The notes under the pieces were generated by a model, which did no database searches, was not told where the DNA came from, and saw only the letters and a program-made list of their open reading frames with translations. The translations under genes were made by a program, and so were the position numbers. 32,265 nt of DNA from Catajapyx aquilonaris (lineage: Eukaryota), in assembly GCA_000934665.2 (NCBI GenBank), contig JYFJ02004425.1:1-32265 (forward strand). Direction: 5' to 3'. Of the stretch, positions 31,834 to 32,265 are shown piece by piece (within the stretch, counting starts at the first letter, position 1; the number at the start of each line of letters is the position of its first letter).

Positions 31834-32265
31834 TCTATCTAATATATATAAAGCCCCACGCCGAGGATATAGGATATAGGATATAGGATATAGGATATAG
31901 GATGGAAAAGATTTCGCACTTCCCGAGGTCGTAGAGCTGTGGTCGAAATTCCGTTGGATTCCTTGCGGTCGATATACATTGTCCAAAAATCCTCAAAATG
32001 CCAAAATTCCCAGCCGTTTTCGAGATGGCAAAAAGTCGACTTTTGCCCACTCCACAAGGAACATCTGTTTGTCGTAAAGCCGGGAAAGAACAATGGCCCA
32101 TTCACCCTCATCTCCCGAGACCTCTCAGCTCACATATGGTTACACCCCCTCCCCCTGGCCCCCACCCCACTTTTCCTTTTTTCAGCATATACGTCAGCTA
32201 GGGCGCATTCTCATACCGTCATACCTTTGTGGACCGTGGCGTCACGGGTTCTGTAAACGGATGGA
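31834..32265 (+). mobile_element. Helitron 5' end with (AGGATAT)5 microsatellite, probably continuing past the window
   Basis: A|TCTATCTAATATATATAAAG followed by a 7-bp tandem repeat at 31864-31903; no 3' hairpin/CTAG end recognised in the window. Confidence 0.65.

Overview
Eukaryotic genomic DNA, probably from an arthropod or insect (inferred from ~60-nt GT-AG introns, tRNA-derived SINEs and Lep1-style Helitron ends). Three protein-coding genes are supported. (1) A 7-exon coiled-coil gene on + (3123-6765, first coding exon not found) resembling the ciliary docking-complex family ODAD3/CCDC151. (2) CDK20/CCRK on - (15946-16938) with an intronless CDS. (3) A 5-exon DUF1295 (steroid 5-alpha-reductase-like) membrane protein gene on + (17719-22226), head-to-head with CDK20 across a CpG-rich promoter. 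Much of the rest is dense, often nested, non-autonomous transposons: Tc1/mariner, pogo-like, piggyBac-like, hAT, Harbinger-like, P-like and Sola-like MITEs, Helitrons and SINEs, many with verifiable TIRs and TSDs. The most unusual signals are two fold-back elements built by inverted duplication of a DD41D-like transposase 3' end, five SINEs with different modules sharing a covarying 3' stem-loop, and a ~185-bp tandem array inside a piggyBac-like MITE. No CRISPR array, rRNA or true tRNA gene was found. Family assignments come from motif recognition by eye, not database searches.
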